Translations under genes and position numbers: made by a program | Origin: Halorutilales archaeon Cl-col2-1 | Lineage (GTDB): Archaea > Halobacteriota > Halobacteria > Halobacteriales > Afararchaeaceae | NCBI GenBank assembly: GCA_041891055.1 | Contig: CP169074.1 | Coordinates: forward strand, 1,696,001-1,760,000 | DNA length: 64,000 nt | Direction of reading: 5' to 3' | Part shown: positions 38,190 to 48,611 of the stretch, in pieces | Layout of the letters: each line of letters begins with the position of its first letter | Position numbering within the stretch: the first letter of the stretch is position 1 | Notes under the pieces: generated by a model | Seen by the model: the letters and a program-made list of their open reading frames with translations, nothing else | Told to the model about the DNA's origin: nothing | Databases searched by the model: none

Positions 38190-39140
38190 ATGACAGATAC
38201 GAACCCGAAAGACGTCTCGCGCGCCCGTGCCTGGGTCATAGCCGCACGTCCCCACACTTTTCCCGCGGGAGTCGCCCCCGTAGTCGTCGGAACAGGTCTC
38301 GCCCTACACGACGGAGTCTTCGACCCACTCGCCGCACTCGTCGCTCTCGTCTCCGCGCTCCTGATACAGATAGGTGCCAACTTCGCCAACGACTACTACG
38401 ACGCCGTCAAGGGAGCCGACACCGACGAGTCGGAGGGATACACCCGAGTGACACAGCAGGGTCTCATACCTCCCGAGACAGTAAAGAGAGGAACCGCTCT
38501 CACCTTCGGACTCGCATTCTTGATAGGACTCTATCTTGTGAAGGTCGGAGGAGCCGTGATACTCGCCGTCGGAGTCCTCAGCATAATCAGCGGTATAATC
38601 TACACGGGGGGTCCATATCCTATTGGCTACCACGGACTCGGCGACCTCTTCGTCTTCGTCTTCTTCGGTGTCGTAGGGGTCACGGGAACCTACTACGTAC
38701 AGGCGGCGTCGGCGGTCGGTGTCGCTCTCTCTACTGTAGTGCCGCCTCCCGGGACTCTCACATCCGAGGCTGTCGTGGCGAGCCTCGGTGTCGCGGGATT
38801 CGAGACGGGGATTCTCGTCGTCAACAACATACGTGACCTCGAAACCGACGCCCAAGCCGGCAAGAAGACTCTCGCTGTCCTGATCGGCTACACAGCGAGC
38901 CGGTTCGAGTACGGTCTACTCGTAGCTCTGTCGTATGCTGTCCCGCTCTACCTATTCACACGTCCCGACTTCGGCGCGTTCGTACTCCTTCCTTTCCTCA
39001 CAGTCCCCTACGCGATCAGCCTCCTCACGACCGTAGCGACCGAGTCGACCGAGGACGGTCTCAACCCCGCCCTCGAAGGCACAGGAAAGCTACTCGCAGT
39101 CTACTCGGCTCTGTTCGCAGCAGGGATGGTGGTATCTTGA
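38190..39140 (+). CDS. menA: 1,4-dihydroxy-2-naphthoate polyprenyltransferase
   Basis: ARPHT, QIGANFANDYYD, YTGGPYPIGYHGLGD, NNIRD..D..AGKKTLA. Confidence 0.95.
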   Translation: MTDTNPKDVSRARAWVIAARPHTFPAGVAPVVVGTGLALHDGVFDPLAALVALVSALLIQIGANFANDYYDAVKGADTDESEGYTRVTQQGLIPPETVKRGTALTFGLAFLIGLYLVKVGGAVILAVGVLSIISGIIYTGGPYPIGYHGLGDLFVFVFFGVVGVTGTYYVQAASAVGVALSTVVPPPGTLTSEAVVASLGVAGFETGILVVNNIRDLETDAQAGKKTLAVLIGYTASRFEYGLLVALSYAVPLYLFTRPDFGAFVLLPFLTVPYAISLLTTVATESTEDGLNPALEGTGKLLAVYSALFAAGMVVS

Positions 39141-40186
39141 CTTCCCTCGAAGCCGAGTACGCGTGTTTCTCACTCGACCTCAAGAAGCCGCTCTCAACCG
39201 CGAGGGGTGAGATAGAGTCACGCGACGGCTTCCTGATACGACTCACCGACGGAGACTACACCGGATACGGAGAGGCGACTCCCCTGCCACCGTGGACTGA
39301 GACCCACGACGAGGCGGAGAAGGCGGTCTACAGATCCCTCGAAAGTCTCAGTTCGACAGACACCGACGACCTTCGGGAATCCCTTCCGTCACACGAGACC
39401 CCAGGGGCTCGGTACGGTGTGTCTCTGGCACTCGCAGACCTGAGGGCGAAGAGGCGTGGCGTCCCCCTCTATGAGTACCTCGGCGACTCCAACGACGACA
39501 TACGGAGGACTGTACGACTCAACGCCACTGTCGGAGACGCAGACGTTGACGAGACTCTTCGGAGTGTCGGGGGATACGTTGACGACGGATATGCGACTGT
39601 CAAAATAAAGGTCGGATCGAGAGACCTTGACGAAGACATCGAACGCGTGCGCGCCATAGACGACGAGTACGACGTCAAGATACGCGCCGACGCTAACGGA
39701 GGCTGGAGCTACGACGAGGCGTCGGAGTTTGCTGACATACTCTCCGATATCGACTCCTTCGAGTACCTTGAACAGCCTCTCGACGCCGACGACCTAGAGG
39801 GACATTCGAGGATCAGGCGTTCTACTGACTTCGACATAGGCGTCGACGAAAGCCTCATAGACCACTCGGTCAGCGAGATCGTCGAGGAGGAAGCCGCCGA
39901 CTACGCCGTTCTCAAGCCCATGAGTTTCGGAGGGATAGACAAAACCCACGAAGTCGCTCTAAAGGCACGCAGAAATGGCGTTGTTCCTGTCGTCTCGAAC
40001 CTCGTAGAGACAGTCGTAGGACGCTCGGCGGGAGCACACCTCGCCGTGAGTCTACGTGTCGAGACTGCGTGTGGTCTCGGCACCGGAGATATGCTCGCAG
40101 AAGATCTCGCTAAAGACATAGTCGACGAAGGAAGTATACGTCTTTCCGACCAGCCGGGAAACTCGGAGGTGGACTGTGTCTGGTAG
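39137..40186 (+). CDS. menC: o-succinylbenzoate synthase
   Basis: Enolase superfamily KIKVG, RADANG, EQP, DES, LKP; position within the men cluster. Confidence 0.9.
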   Translation: MTSLEAEYACFSLDLKKPLSTARGEIESRDGFLIRLTDGDYTGYGEATPLPPWTETHDEAEKAVYRSLESLSSTDTDDLRESLPSHETPGARYGVSLALADLRAKRRGVPLYEYLGDSNDDIRRTVRLNATVGDADVDETLRSVGGYVDDGYATVKIKVGSRDLDEDIERVRAIDDEYDVKIRADANGGWSYDEASEFADILSDIDSFEYLEQPLDADDLEGHSRIRRSTDFDIGVDESLIDHSVSEIVEEEAADYAVLKPMSFGGIDKTHEVALKARRNGVVPVVSNLVETVVGRSAGAHLAVSLRVETACGLGTGDMLAEDLAKDIVDEGSIRLSDQPGNSEVDCVW

Positions 40187-41672
40187 TTTCTACGACCTAC
40201 TCGCCCACCGCGCCGAGGCGACGCCCGATAAGACGGCGGTCATAGACGCCGAGACCGACGAGTATCTGAGTTACAGAAACCTCGACAGAAGCGTAGACAT
40301 ACTCGCTCGGAAACTCGGTGAACTCGGTGTCGAGGAAGGCGACCATCTCGGCGTCGTCATGGAGACACGTACCGAGTTTGTCTCTCTCGTCCACGCATCG
40401 ATGCGTCTCAACGCGACTCTCGTACCCATAAACGCGCGTCTCACGCCGCAGGAGGTGAGAAAGAGGGTTGAGGACGCCGATGTCTCTGTCTTAGTCTGTG
40501 ACTCCGAGACTCAGGAGAAGACAGCCGACTGTGACGTGATGATTACAGCCACAGTCGACGAGACATCGATCGAGGGTGTCGTGGAGATCGACTCGGTCTC
40601 AGTCCCCGATACTCCTGATCCTATACGCGTACATAGATGTCACTCCGAGACTGCGTGTATACCCTTCACATCGGGTACGACGGGAGATCCGAAGCCCGTT
40701 GTCCTGAGCTACGGGAACTTCGTAGCGAGTGCGACGGCGTCGGCTTTCCGTCTCGGACATCTCCCCGACGACAGACGTCTTATCTGTCTCCCGATGTACC
40801 ACATGGGTGGTCTCTCACACGTCTTCCGTGCGGCTCTCCACGGCACCGCGGCGGTCGTACAGGAGGGCTTCGACGCCGAGGAGACTGTCGAAAATATCGC
40901 CGAGTACGGCGTAACACAGGTCTCACTCGTCCCCACCACTCTCAGACGTATACTCGACACGGGGATAGACTCCCAACTCGACAGCCTGAGGTACGTTCTC
41001 CTGGGAGGCGCACCCGCCTCGGAGGACCTTCTGAGGGAGTCACGTGAAGCCGGGGTTCGTGTCTGTCCGACTTACGGCATGACTGAGACGGCTTCACAGA
41101 TAGCTACAGTCTCGCCGTACGCGTCCGAGACTGATACTGAGACCGTGGGAGTTGGACGCCCCCTCGTTTCGACACGGATCACGGTACTCGACGAAGACGA
41201 TCAGCCCGTCGAGACGGGTGAGACAGGAGAGATTGTCGTATCGGGTTCCACGGTTACAGAGGGCTACTACGGTCTCCCTGACGAGACGAGTGAGGCGTTC
41301 TGTGAACACGGATTGAGAACCGGAGACCTCGGGTACAGAGACGAGTCAGGTCGTCTCTACGTCGTCGGGAGGAAGGATGAGGTCATCATCACGGGTGGCG
41401 AGAACGTAAATCCCAACGAGGTCACAGAACTCCTCCTCGAACATCCTCGTCTCGAAGACGCCGCAGTCATCGGTGTCGACGATGAGGAGTGGGGGGAGAG
41501 GATCTGTGCGCTCGTAGTGCCTGTCGACGAGGATGAGGTCGACGTAAGGGGATACTGCCGTGAGAGACTCGCGGGCTACAAATGCCCACGTACTGTAGCC
41601 TTCGTGGACGAGATACCACGAACTGAGTCGGGGACTGTCGACAGGGCTGCGGCACGCGGCTTACTCGAATAA
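40176..41672 (+). CDS. menE: o-succinylbenzoate--CoA ligase
   Basis: TSGTTGDPK, LPMYHMGGL, YGMTETASQ, TGDLG, GGENV; last gene of the men cluster. Confidence 0.9.
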   Translation: MSGSFYDLLAHRAEATPDKTAVIDAETDEYLSYRNLDRSVDILARKLGELGVEEGDHLGVVMETRTEFVSLVHASMRLNATLVPINARLTPQEVRKRVEDADVSVLVCDSETQEKTADCDVMITATVDETSIEGVVEIDSVSVPDTPDPIRVHRCHSETACIPFTSGTTGDPKPVVLSYGNFVASATASAFRLGHLPDDRRLICLPMYHMGGLSHVFRAALHGTAAVVQEGFDAEETVENIAEYGVTQVSLVPTTLRRILDTGIDSQLDSLRYVLLGGAPASEDLLRESREAGVRVCPTYGMTETASQIATVSPYASETDTETVGVGRPLVSTRITVLDEDDQPVETGETGEIVVSGSTVTEGYYGLPDETSEAFCEHGLRTGDLGYRDESGRLYVVGRKDEVIITGGENVNPNEVTELLLEHPRLEDAAVIGVDDEEWGERICALVVPVDEDEVDVRGYCRERLAGYKCPRTVAFVDEIPRTESGTVDRAAARGLLE

Positions 41673-41731
41673 TCCCGACGAAGCCGGTGTGTCGGGTAGT
41701 TTTATGTGGTGTCACGACTATACTCCGACCC

Positions 41732-42070
41732 ATGCAGGAGATAGCCGAGGTGCATATATTTGACGCCGACGAGGCACGCAGTCTGGTCGAGAGGGTCGAG
41801 TCCTCGTATGAGGGGTCTGATATCAGGTTCGAGACCGACGGTGACAGTATAGAATCTTCGGACAGACTCAAGGTACACGCTGACTCATCCACAATGAGGA
41901 CTGACCGCCTTCTCAAGATTGCGTGTCTCGCCTCCGACAGCCGTGAGACGGCACAGTTCATCTTCGACCTCGGATACAGATACGGAAAGGGCGCAGACGT
42001 AGAGGAGTACATAGACGAGGAAGCCTTCGACAAGGGATCGATTGAGTCTCTCATAAGAGAGTCCCAGTAG
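41732..42070 (+). CDS. Hypothetical acidic protein
   Basis: Acidic ORF from ATG 41732, ending 4 bp before the HD gene. Confidence 0.6.
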   Translation: MQEIAEVHIFDADEARSLVERVESSYEGSDIRFETDGDSIESSDRLKVHADSSTMRTDRLLKIACLASDSRETAQFIFDLGYRYGKGADVEEYIDEEAFDKGSIESLIRESQ

Positions 42071-42074
42071 TCGA

Positions 42075-43259
42075 ATGTCAGCCAGTAAGACAGTAAAAGA
42101 CGCCGTTCATGACCACATACAGGTTGAGGGAGTCGCGCTCGACCTCCTCGACACCCCGGAGATGCAGCGTCTCCGACACATACGTCAGTTGGGAACTGCG
42201 TACCTCGTCTACCCGAGCGCGAACCACACGCGTTTCGAACACTCTCTGGGTGTCTACAATCTCGCTAAGAAGGCGATGAAAAGCTTAGGAGTCGACGGCA
42301 GAGACGCCGAGGCGATAAGCGCGGCTTCACTCCTCCACGACGTCGGACACACCCCCTTCTCACACACCGTAGAGGACGTCGTCGAGGAGTACACGGGGAA
42401 GAGACATGACGAGGTCGACTCAATACTCGAAGGAAACGTGTCGCGTGTCCTCGATGACTACGGTATTGACACTCGACGAGTCGCGAGTCTCATACGAGGT
42501 GAGGGAAGACTCGGACAGATAATCTCGGGGAAGTTAGACGTCGACAGGATGGACTATCTCGTGAGAGATGCCCACCACACCGGGGTTCCGTACGGCACCA
42601 TAGACTCGACACGTCTTATACTCGAACTCGAACTCCATGACGGCGAACTCGTCTTGGGTGAGGGGAACGTCCAGACCGCTGAGGCACTCCTCATAGCGCG
42701 GTCTCTGATGCATCCGACGGTCTACAACCACCACGTCGCACGTATCTCACAGGCGATGCTCAGACGTGCGACACGACGTCTGGTGGAGACTACGGATGTC
42801 GACGCCCACGACGTAAGACGGATGGATGACCACGAACTCGTCGTCGAACTCCGACGTAGCCGGGGGACGCGTGACCTAGGGAGACGCGTGACACGCAGAC
42901 GTCTCTACAAACGTGCCGTCTGGGAGCCTTACGACGAACTTCCCTTCGACTTTGACTCTGACACCGACGCTGAGACCTCGGCTTCTTCGGAGAATGTCTC
43001 TGAGATCGAGGAAGAAGTAGCCGAGAAAGCCGACATCGATCCCGACGAGGTAATACTCGATGTCTCGCCGCCCCCTGAGATAGACGAGACGTCAGCGTGT
43101 GTCTTAGTCGACGGTGAGAAGACGAGTATAGAAGATGCCTCACCTCTCGTGGGGGATCTCCATTCGTCGTTCGGAGACCAGTGGAGGTACGGCGTTTACT
43201 GTCCTGGCGAAGATGTCGGAGATGTAGCCTCGGCGTTCGAGTCGCTTTACTCTGCTTAG
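42075..43259 (+). CDS. HD-domain phosphohydrolase (dNTPase/SAMHD1-like)
   Basis: QRLRHIRQLG, HTRFEHSLG, LLHDVGHTPFSH, DVDRMDYLVRD. Confidence 0.92.
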   Translation: MSASKTVKDAVHDHIQVEGVALDLLDTPEMQRLRHIRQLGTAYLVYPSANHTRFEHSLGVYNLAKKAMKSLGVDGRDAEAISAASLLHDVGHTPFSHTVEDVVEEYTGKRHDEVDSILEGNVSRVLDDYGIDTRRVASLIRGEGRLGQIISGKLDVDRMDYLVRDAHHTGVPYGTIDSTRLILELELHDGELVLGEGNVQTAEALLIARSLMHPTVYNHHVARISQAMLRRATRRLVETTDVDAHDVRRMDDHELVVELRRSRGTRDLGRRVTRRRLYKRAVWEPYDELPFDFDSDTDAETSASSENVSEIEEEVAEKADIDPDEVILDVSPPPEIDETSACVLVDGEKTSIEDASPLVGDLHSSFGDQWRYGVYCPGEDVGDVASAFESLYSA

Positions 43260-43264
43260 TTGAC

Positions 43265-43480
43265 TCAGAACAGATACTCGTCCTCTCCGCCCATTGTGTC
43301 CTCGTAATCCCCCAACTCGTCCTCTCCGGCTCCTGAACCTCCTGTCGTCTTGAGCGTCCGGAGACCTATCGCTATGAGGTCTTCGACTGCCTCCTGTCGG
43401 TCTATGTACTCTCCTTCGTCTATAAGCTGTGTAATCTGCATCTCCTGGTGTTCGGGTATGTCGATCTCGATCTTACTCAT
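43265..43480 (-). CDS. Ribbon-helix-helix (CopG-like) protein
   Basis: MSKIEIDIPEHQEMQITQLIDEGEYIDRQEAVEDL fits the conserved haloarchaeal RHH family. Confidence 0.8.
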   Translation of the reverse strand: MSKIEIDIPEHQEMQITQLIDEGEYIDRQEAVEDLIAIGLRTLKTTGGSGAGEDELGDYEDTMGGEDEYLF

Positions 43481-43563
43481 CAACTGATTGTGTTCCACCC
43501 ACTCGTATTAAGCTTGCGGGGGAAACCCGTTACCCGTTTCTTGGACGAGTGTGTAACCAGTCC

Positions 43564-44409
43564 ATGGCTACGGATACTAGACTACTCCTTTCCCACGAGT
43601 CTGACTCCAACTCCCGCGTCTCACGCCATCTTTCGGAGTACGGTATCGACTGCGTGGTATTCGACCCGACCGGGCACGTCTACTCACTCGATTCCGACGG
43701 TGTTCCGGACTCAGACGTCGGACTCGTCTATCCCAGCAGACTCATAGAAGGCGGAGTCGTAACTCCACTCGGTGAGATAGACTGGGTCAATGGGTTAGAG
43801 GAAGTCGCAGCTGCGAGAAACAAAGCCGAGACGGTCGCGCATCTGAGACGTGACGGCTTACCAGTCCCCGAGACCTACTTCGTCTCGAACCCAGTCGGTG
43901 ACGACGACGTCGTGGCGGCTTTCGAGGAGATAGACGGAAAGGCGGTCGTCAAGCCCAACTCGTCGACTCGCGGAAACGGTGTCACTGTCGTCGAAGACCC
44001 TGACTCGCTCTTAGGCGTTACCGACTACCTCGACGTCATACACGAGTCGCCGCTCGTCTACGACAGGACATTCCTCGTACAGGAGTACATCGAGGACGCG
44101 CGCGACTACCGGGTCATGGTAGTAGACGGAGAGTACGTCGGCGCGGTCGAGAGACGTTCGGAGGGTTGGAAACACAATGTCCACAGGGGAGCCGAAGCAG
44201 TCTCTGTCACTCCCGACGACGAGGTCGTACAGCTCGCCGAGGAAGCCGCCGAGTCGCTCGGCATACGTTTCTGCGGGGTCGATCTCCTCCGGAACGAGGG
44301 CCGGACGGTCGTCAACGAGGTCAACGCGCGTCCGACAGTCGACACGCGCGACAAGTACGAGGACGCGTTCTATCCGCGTCTCGCGCGCCTCATCGAGAGC
44401 ACCGCCTAA
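43564..44409 (+). CDS. RimK-family ATP-grasp ligase
   Basis: LPVPET, VVKP, LVQEYI, WKHNVHRG, GVDL, NEVN. Confidence 0.88.
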   Translation: MATDTRLLLSHESDSNSRVSRHLSEYGIDCVVFDPTGHVYSLDSDGVPDSDVGLVYPSRLIEGGVVTPLGEIDWVNGLEEVAAARNKAETVAHLRRDGLPVPETYFVSNPVGDDDVVAAFEEIDGKAVVKPNSSTRGNGVTVVEDPDSLLGVTDYLDVIHESPLVYDRTFLVQEYIEDARDYRVMVVDGEYVGAVERRSEGWKHNVHRGAEAVSVTPDDEVVQLAEEAAESLGIRFCGVDLLRNEGRTVVNEVNARPTVDTRDKYEDAFYPRLARLIESTA

Positions 44410-44563
44410 TACAAAAAATCCCTCAGAATTCCGCTTAAACTTTATAAAACTTTCTCGCGGCGTCTTTAATCCAGGTGTACTGTTTGAGTCTGTTCAAGGA
44501 GTTCGAACGTTAATGGGTATTTAACATCTCCACGTTCGAAGGTAGAGATACGAGGTAACAGAA

Positions 44564-44875
44564 ATGTCCGCAGCTAAGACCGTCTCCGAAACTGAAGCCC
44601 GAACCGACGCCGAAACATCCGCTGAGGAGTTCAACGAGAAGCAGTCGAAGCTAGCGTCGTACCTTGAGGAGAGGGTCGCAGACGGAAAGATATTCTTTAA
44701 GAGCAAGTTCATGACCGACGACCTCGGCATGTCGACGAAGGAAATCGGTTCTAACATGCTCCGTCTAGCCGAGGAGTACGATGGTCTCTCGATACAGAAA
44801 TGGAGCTACTCGGGCGCGACGACGTGGAGGGTCGAGAAAGAGAAAGGCTCCCAGGCACCGAAGCAGACGGCTTGA
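44564..44875 (+). CDS. Small haloarchaeal winged-helix protein
   Basis: FFKSKF..DDLGMSTKEIG..., IQKWSYSGATTWRV conserved haloarchaeal pattern. Confidence 0.8.
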   Translation: MSAAKTVSETEARTDAETSAEEFNEKQSKLASYLEERVADGKIFFKSKFMTDDLGMSTKEIGSNMLRLAEEYDGLSIQKWSYSGATTWRVEKEKGSQAPKQTA

Positions 44876-44929
44876 TTCGACCAGGCTCAGGTTTAGGCTT
44901 ATAAGCCTACGTTATCTACTCTATTTCGA

Positions 44930-46054
44930 ATGGACAGCCCGACACAGACACATACACCGTCACGTATCCCGGTGTCTACATCGGATGAAGACGTCGGCGA
45001 CCGTGACGCCCTCCTCGGACGTGTGCGACGTGTCTTCGACGTCTACGAGGTGCGTGAACTCGAAAACGGCTACAAGTTCTACGGCGAGCCACTCGTAGAC
45101 ACAGAGGCTCTCTACAAGACCCTCTACTCCGACTTCGACGACCTCGGTTACAGCCTCGAACTCGACACTGAGTACGGCGAGAACGTCGTTGTAGCCGAGG
45201 AGCCCGAGGAGTCGTTCCCGTGGATCAACCTCGTCCTAGCCGTCGCGACATTTGTCACGACTCTAGTCGCGGGTAGCATCTGGTACTCCGCGAATCCGAT
45301 CCAGAACCCCGCGTCTGTCTTCCGTGGAGTTCCGTTTGCCCTGAGCGTGATGTTTGTACTCGGCTCCCACGAGTTCGGACATTACTTGATGTCGAGGTAC
45401 CACGGTGTCGACGCGACTCTGCCCTACTTCATCCCCTTCCCATCTATAATAGGAACTATGGGTGCGGTGATACGTGTCAAGGGAGTCATTCCCGACCGTA
45501 AGGCACTCTTCGACATAGGCGTAGCGGGTCCCTTACTCGGTCTCGTCGCCACACTCGGCGTGACAGCGGTTGGTCTGACACTCCATCCTGTTCCCACGAC
45601 AGTCCCCGTACAGCTACATTACCCGCCACTCTACGACCTCATAAAGTCGTTCGTACCGACATCGCCCGCTCTTGACCAGCCCGGAGTCATACCCAACCCC
45701 GTCGTGATAGGCGGCTGGGTGGGTATGTTCGTGACCTTCCTCAACCTTATACCCGCGGGACAGCTAGACGGCGGACATATAGTAAAGTCGGTTCTCGGGG
45801 ACGCGTCACGTTTCGTCTCACGTGCCGTCCCCGTCGTCCTCTTCGGACTCGGGGCGTATGTCGAGTACGTCAGAGGTCTTCCAGGGACTGTCTGGTTCGT
45901 CTGGGGTATCTTTTCTCTCCTCGTCACAGTCGCTGGAGGTGCGCGTCTCATAGATGACTCGGGTAGAGTGGGATGGAAACGGTCGGCTCTCGCGGTCGTC
46001 GTCTTCGGCTTGGGTATTCTGTCGTTCACGCCGGTTCCGGTCACGATGCCTTAA
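44930..46054 (+). CDS. Site-2 protease family (M50) intramembrane metalloprotease
   Basis: HEFGH, GTMGAVI, AGP, NLIPAGQLDGGH. Confidence 0.93.
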   Translation: MDSPTQTHTPSRIPVSTSDEDVGDRDALLGRVRRVFDVYEVRELENGYKFYGEPLVDTEALYKTLYSDFDDLGYSLELDTEYGENVVVAEEPEESFPWINLVLAVATFVTTLVAGSIWYSANPIQNPASVFRGVPFALSVMFVLGSHEFGHYLMSRYHGVDATLPYFIPFPSIIGTMGAVIRVKGVIPDRKALFDIGVAGPLLGLVATLGVTAVGLTLHPVPTTVPVQLHYPPLYDLIKSFVPTSPALDQPGVIPNPVVIGGWVGMFVTFLNLIPAGQLDGGHIVKSVLGDASRFVSRAVPVVLFGLGAYVEYVRGLPGTVWFVWGIFSLLVTVAGGARLIDDSGRVGWKRSALAVVVFGLGILSFTPVPVTMP

Positions 46055-46121
46055 GACGGTCATCTTAGAACATGGTTTTTGACAACATTTATCTGTGGCT
46101 CAAGCCCTCTTTTCGACTGAC

Positions 46122-47672
46122 ATGAGTATCGACGACAAGATAGACGAACTCCGCGAGAGGAGAGAAGAGTCGAGGCTCGGAGGAGGCGAGGAGAGGATCG
46201 AGAAGCAGCACGACAAGGGCAAGATGACAGCCCACGAGAGGATAGAGTACTTCCTTGACGAGGACTCTTTCGTCGAGATAGACCCGTTTGTCGAACACGA
46301 CTGTACCAACTTCGAGATGGAGGACAAGAAGTTCCCCGGAGACGCCGTCGTGGTCGGATACGGCGAGGTCGACGGCAGGAAGGTCTTCGTCTTTGCCCAC
46401 GACTTCACCGTCTTAGGCGGGTCGGTGAGCAAGGTCGTCGCCGACAAGATAAACAAGATAATGGATAAGGCGATAGAGAACGGCGTCCCCGTCATAGGTC
46501 TCAACGACTCTGCGGGTGCGAGGATACAGGAGGGAATCACCTCGCTCGTCGGCTTCGCACAGCTCTTCCGTCGTAACACGAAGGCGAGCGGAGTCGTGCC
46601 CCAGATCTCGGCGATAATGGGACCGTGTGCGGGAGGCTCCGTCTACTCACCCGCCCTCACCGACTTCATATTCATGACGAAGGAGACGTCCCATATGTTC
46701 ATCACGGGACCCGACGTCATAGAGACAGTCACGGGAGAACAGGTCACATTTGAGGAGCTCGGTGGGGCGAACGCTCATACATCGAAGAGCGGCGTCGCAC
46801 ATTTCGCCTACGACACCGAGGAGGAGGTTCTCGACGGAATACGTGAGCTTCTCTCCTACGTTCCTCTCAACAACATGGAGGACCCGCCCGAGGTCGAACC
46901 TGACGACGAACCCGACAGACAGGACGACTCTCTCAACAACGTCGTCCCCGACGAGCCCAAGAAACCCTACGACATGACAAACGCGATAGAGGGAGTCATG
47001 GACGAGGGATCGTTCTTCGAGGTTCACGGCTCGTACGCTCAGAACATCGTCGTCGGATTTGCGCGTCTCGACGGAAGACCCGTCGGAGTCGTCGCCAACC
47101 AGCCACGTGTCAACGCCGGAACACTCGACATAGAGGCGAGCGAGAAGGGAGCGCGTTTCGTGCGTTTCTGTGACGCCTTCAACATACCCATCGTGACATT
47201 CGTCGATGTCCCGGGATTCATGCCTGGAACCGACCAGGAGCACAACGGTATAATCAACAGGGGCGCGAAGCTGATATACGCCTACGCAGAGGCGACAGTC
47301 CCGCTCCTCACCGTGATGACGAGAAAGGCTTACGGAGGAGCCTACATCGTGATGGCTTCGAAGTACCTCGGAGCCGACGTCAACTACGCCTGGCCCACTG
47401 CCGAGGCGGCTGTGATGGGACCGAGAGGCGCGGTCAACATACTCAACTCCGACGAGCTTGAGGAGGCGGAGAACACAGAGGAGAGGAGACAGGAGCTCAT
47501 AGACGAGTACAGGGAGACCTTCGCCAACCCGTACAGGGCTGCTGAGGACGGCTACATAGACGACATCATAGAGCCCAAGAAGACACGACCGCGTCTCATA
47601 AACGACCTCGAACTCCTCGAGTCGAAGAGAAAGGAGAATCCCCCCAAGAAACACGGCAACATCCCACTTTAA
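46122..47672 (+). CDS. pccB: Acyl-CoA (propionyl-CoA) carboxylase carboxyltransferase subunit
   Basis: DFTVLGGS, DSAGARIQEG, GPCAGG, DVPGFMPG, RKAYGGAY, KKHGNIPL; start ATG 46122. Confidence 0.93.
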   Translation: MSIDDKIDELRERREESRLGGGEERIEKQHDKGKMTAHERIEYFLDEDSFVEIDPFVEHDCTNFEMEDKKFPGDAVVVGYGEVDGRKVFVFAHDFTVLGGSVSKVVADKINKIMDKAIENGVPVIGLNDSAGARIQEGITSLVGFAQLFRRNTKASGVVPQISAIMGPCAGGSVYSPALTDFIFMTKETSHMFITGPDVIETVTGEQVTFEELGGANAHTSKSGVAHFAYDTEEEVLDGIRELLSYVPLNNMEDPPEVEPDDEPDRQDDSLNNVVPDEPKKPYDMTNAIEGVMDEGSFFEVHGSYAQNIVVGFARLDGRPVGVVANQPRVNAGTLDIEASEKGARFVRFCDAFNIPIVTFVDVPGFMPGTDQEHNGIINRGAKLIYAYAEATVPLLTVMTRKAYGGAYIVMASKYLGADVNYAWPTAEAAVMGPRGAVNILNSDELEEAENTEERRQELIDEYRETFANPYRAAEDGYIDDIIEPKKTRPRLINDLELLESKRKENPPKKHGNIPL

Positions 47673-47743
47673 TATTAATAATTTCCGGTTTTTTCGGGGT
47701 GTTACATCGCAAGAGATATATGTGTAATAGACAATCGTGAAAT

Positions 47744-48532
47744 ATGATGTTAGATAATAAGGTTGCAATAGTCACGGGAGGCAGCCAAGGTCTCGGAAAG
47801 GAGATCTCTTTCCAGTTTGCCGAGGAAGGTGCCGACGTGGTTCTAGCCGCGCGTAGCGAGGACAAGATACAGGAGAATGCCGACGAGATAAACGGGAGCG
47901 ACGAGTACGAGGGGAATGCGATGGCAGTTCCGACCGACATATCCGACGAAAGCGAAGTCGAGGATCTAGTCGACGCGGCTGTCGACGAGTACGGTACTGT
48001 CGATATTCTCGTCAACAACGCCGCGATAGGCGGACCCTCGAAGTACATAGAGAACCTCGAATCCGAGAAGTGGAGACAGATTCTCGATATCAATCTGACG
48101 GGCTCCTACTACTGCACGAAACACGTCGTCCCTATACTCAAGGAGAAGGAGGACGGACGTATCATAAACATCTCCTCAACCGGAGGAAAGAAGCCTTACC
48201 CGCTTCGCTGTGCGTACGCCACGACAAAGACGGGAATAATAGGCTTCGGACGTTCGATAGCCGACGAGCTCGGTCAGTGGGGGATCAACGTCAACACCGT
48301 CTGCCCGGGTCCGATCAAGTCGCCGCGTATCGACCGCATGATAGAGAACCGCGCCGAGGAGCGTGATATCTCGTTCGAGAAGGCTAAGAAGGCATACACT
48401 AAGGGATCGATGTTCAGGAGATTCGTCACCAATGAGGAGGTCGCTAACATGGTCACCTTCCTCGCTTCCGAGAAGGGCAAGGGAGTCACGGGACAGGACA
48501 TTAACGTCTCAGTCGGAATGTACTCCGACTAA
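47744..48532 (+). CDS. Short-chain dehydrogenase/reductase
   Basis: TGGSQGLG, NNAA, NISS, YATTK, VCPG. Confidence 0.92.
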   Translation: MMLDNKVAIVTGGSQGLGKEISFQFAEEGADVVLAARSEDKIQENADEINGSDEYEGNAMAVPTDISDESEVEDLVDAAVDEYGTVDILVNNAAIGGPSKYIENLESEKWRQILDINLTGSYYCTKHVVPILKEKEDGRIINISSTGGKKPYPLRCAYATTKTGIIGFGRSIADELGQWGINVNTVCPGPIKSPRIDRMIENRAEERDISFEKAKKAYTKGSMFRRFVTNEEVANMVTFLASEKGKGVTGQDINVSVGMYSD

Positions 48533-48611
48533 GTCGATCTTACGTTCTCGTTCCGGTTCTTTCTTTCTCACGTACCGATACACAGAAGCCGTCTTAGACA
48601 TAGCTTAGTCT

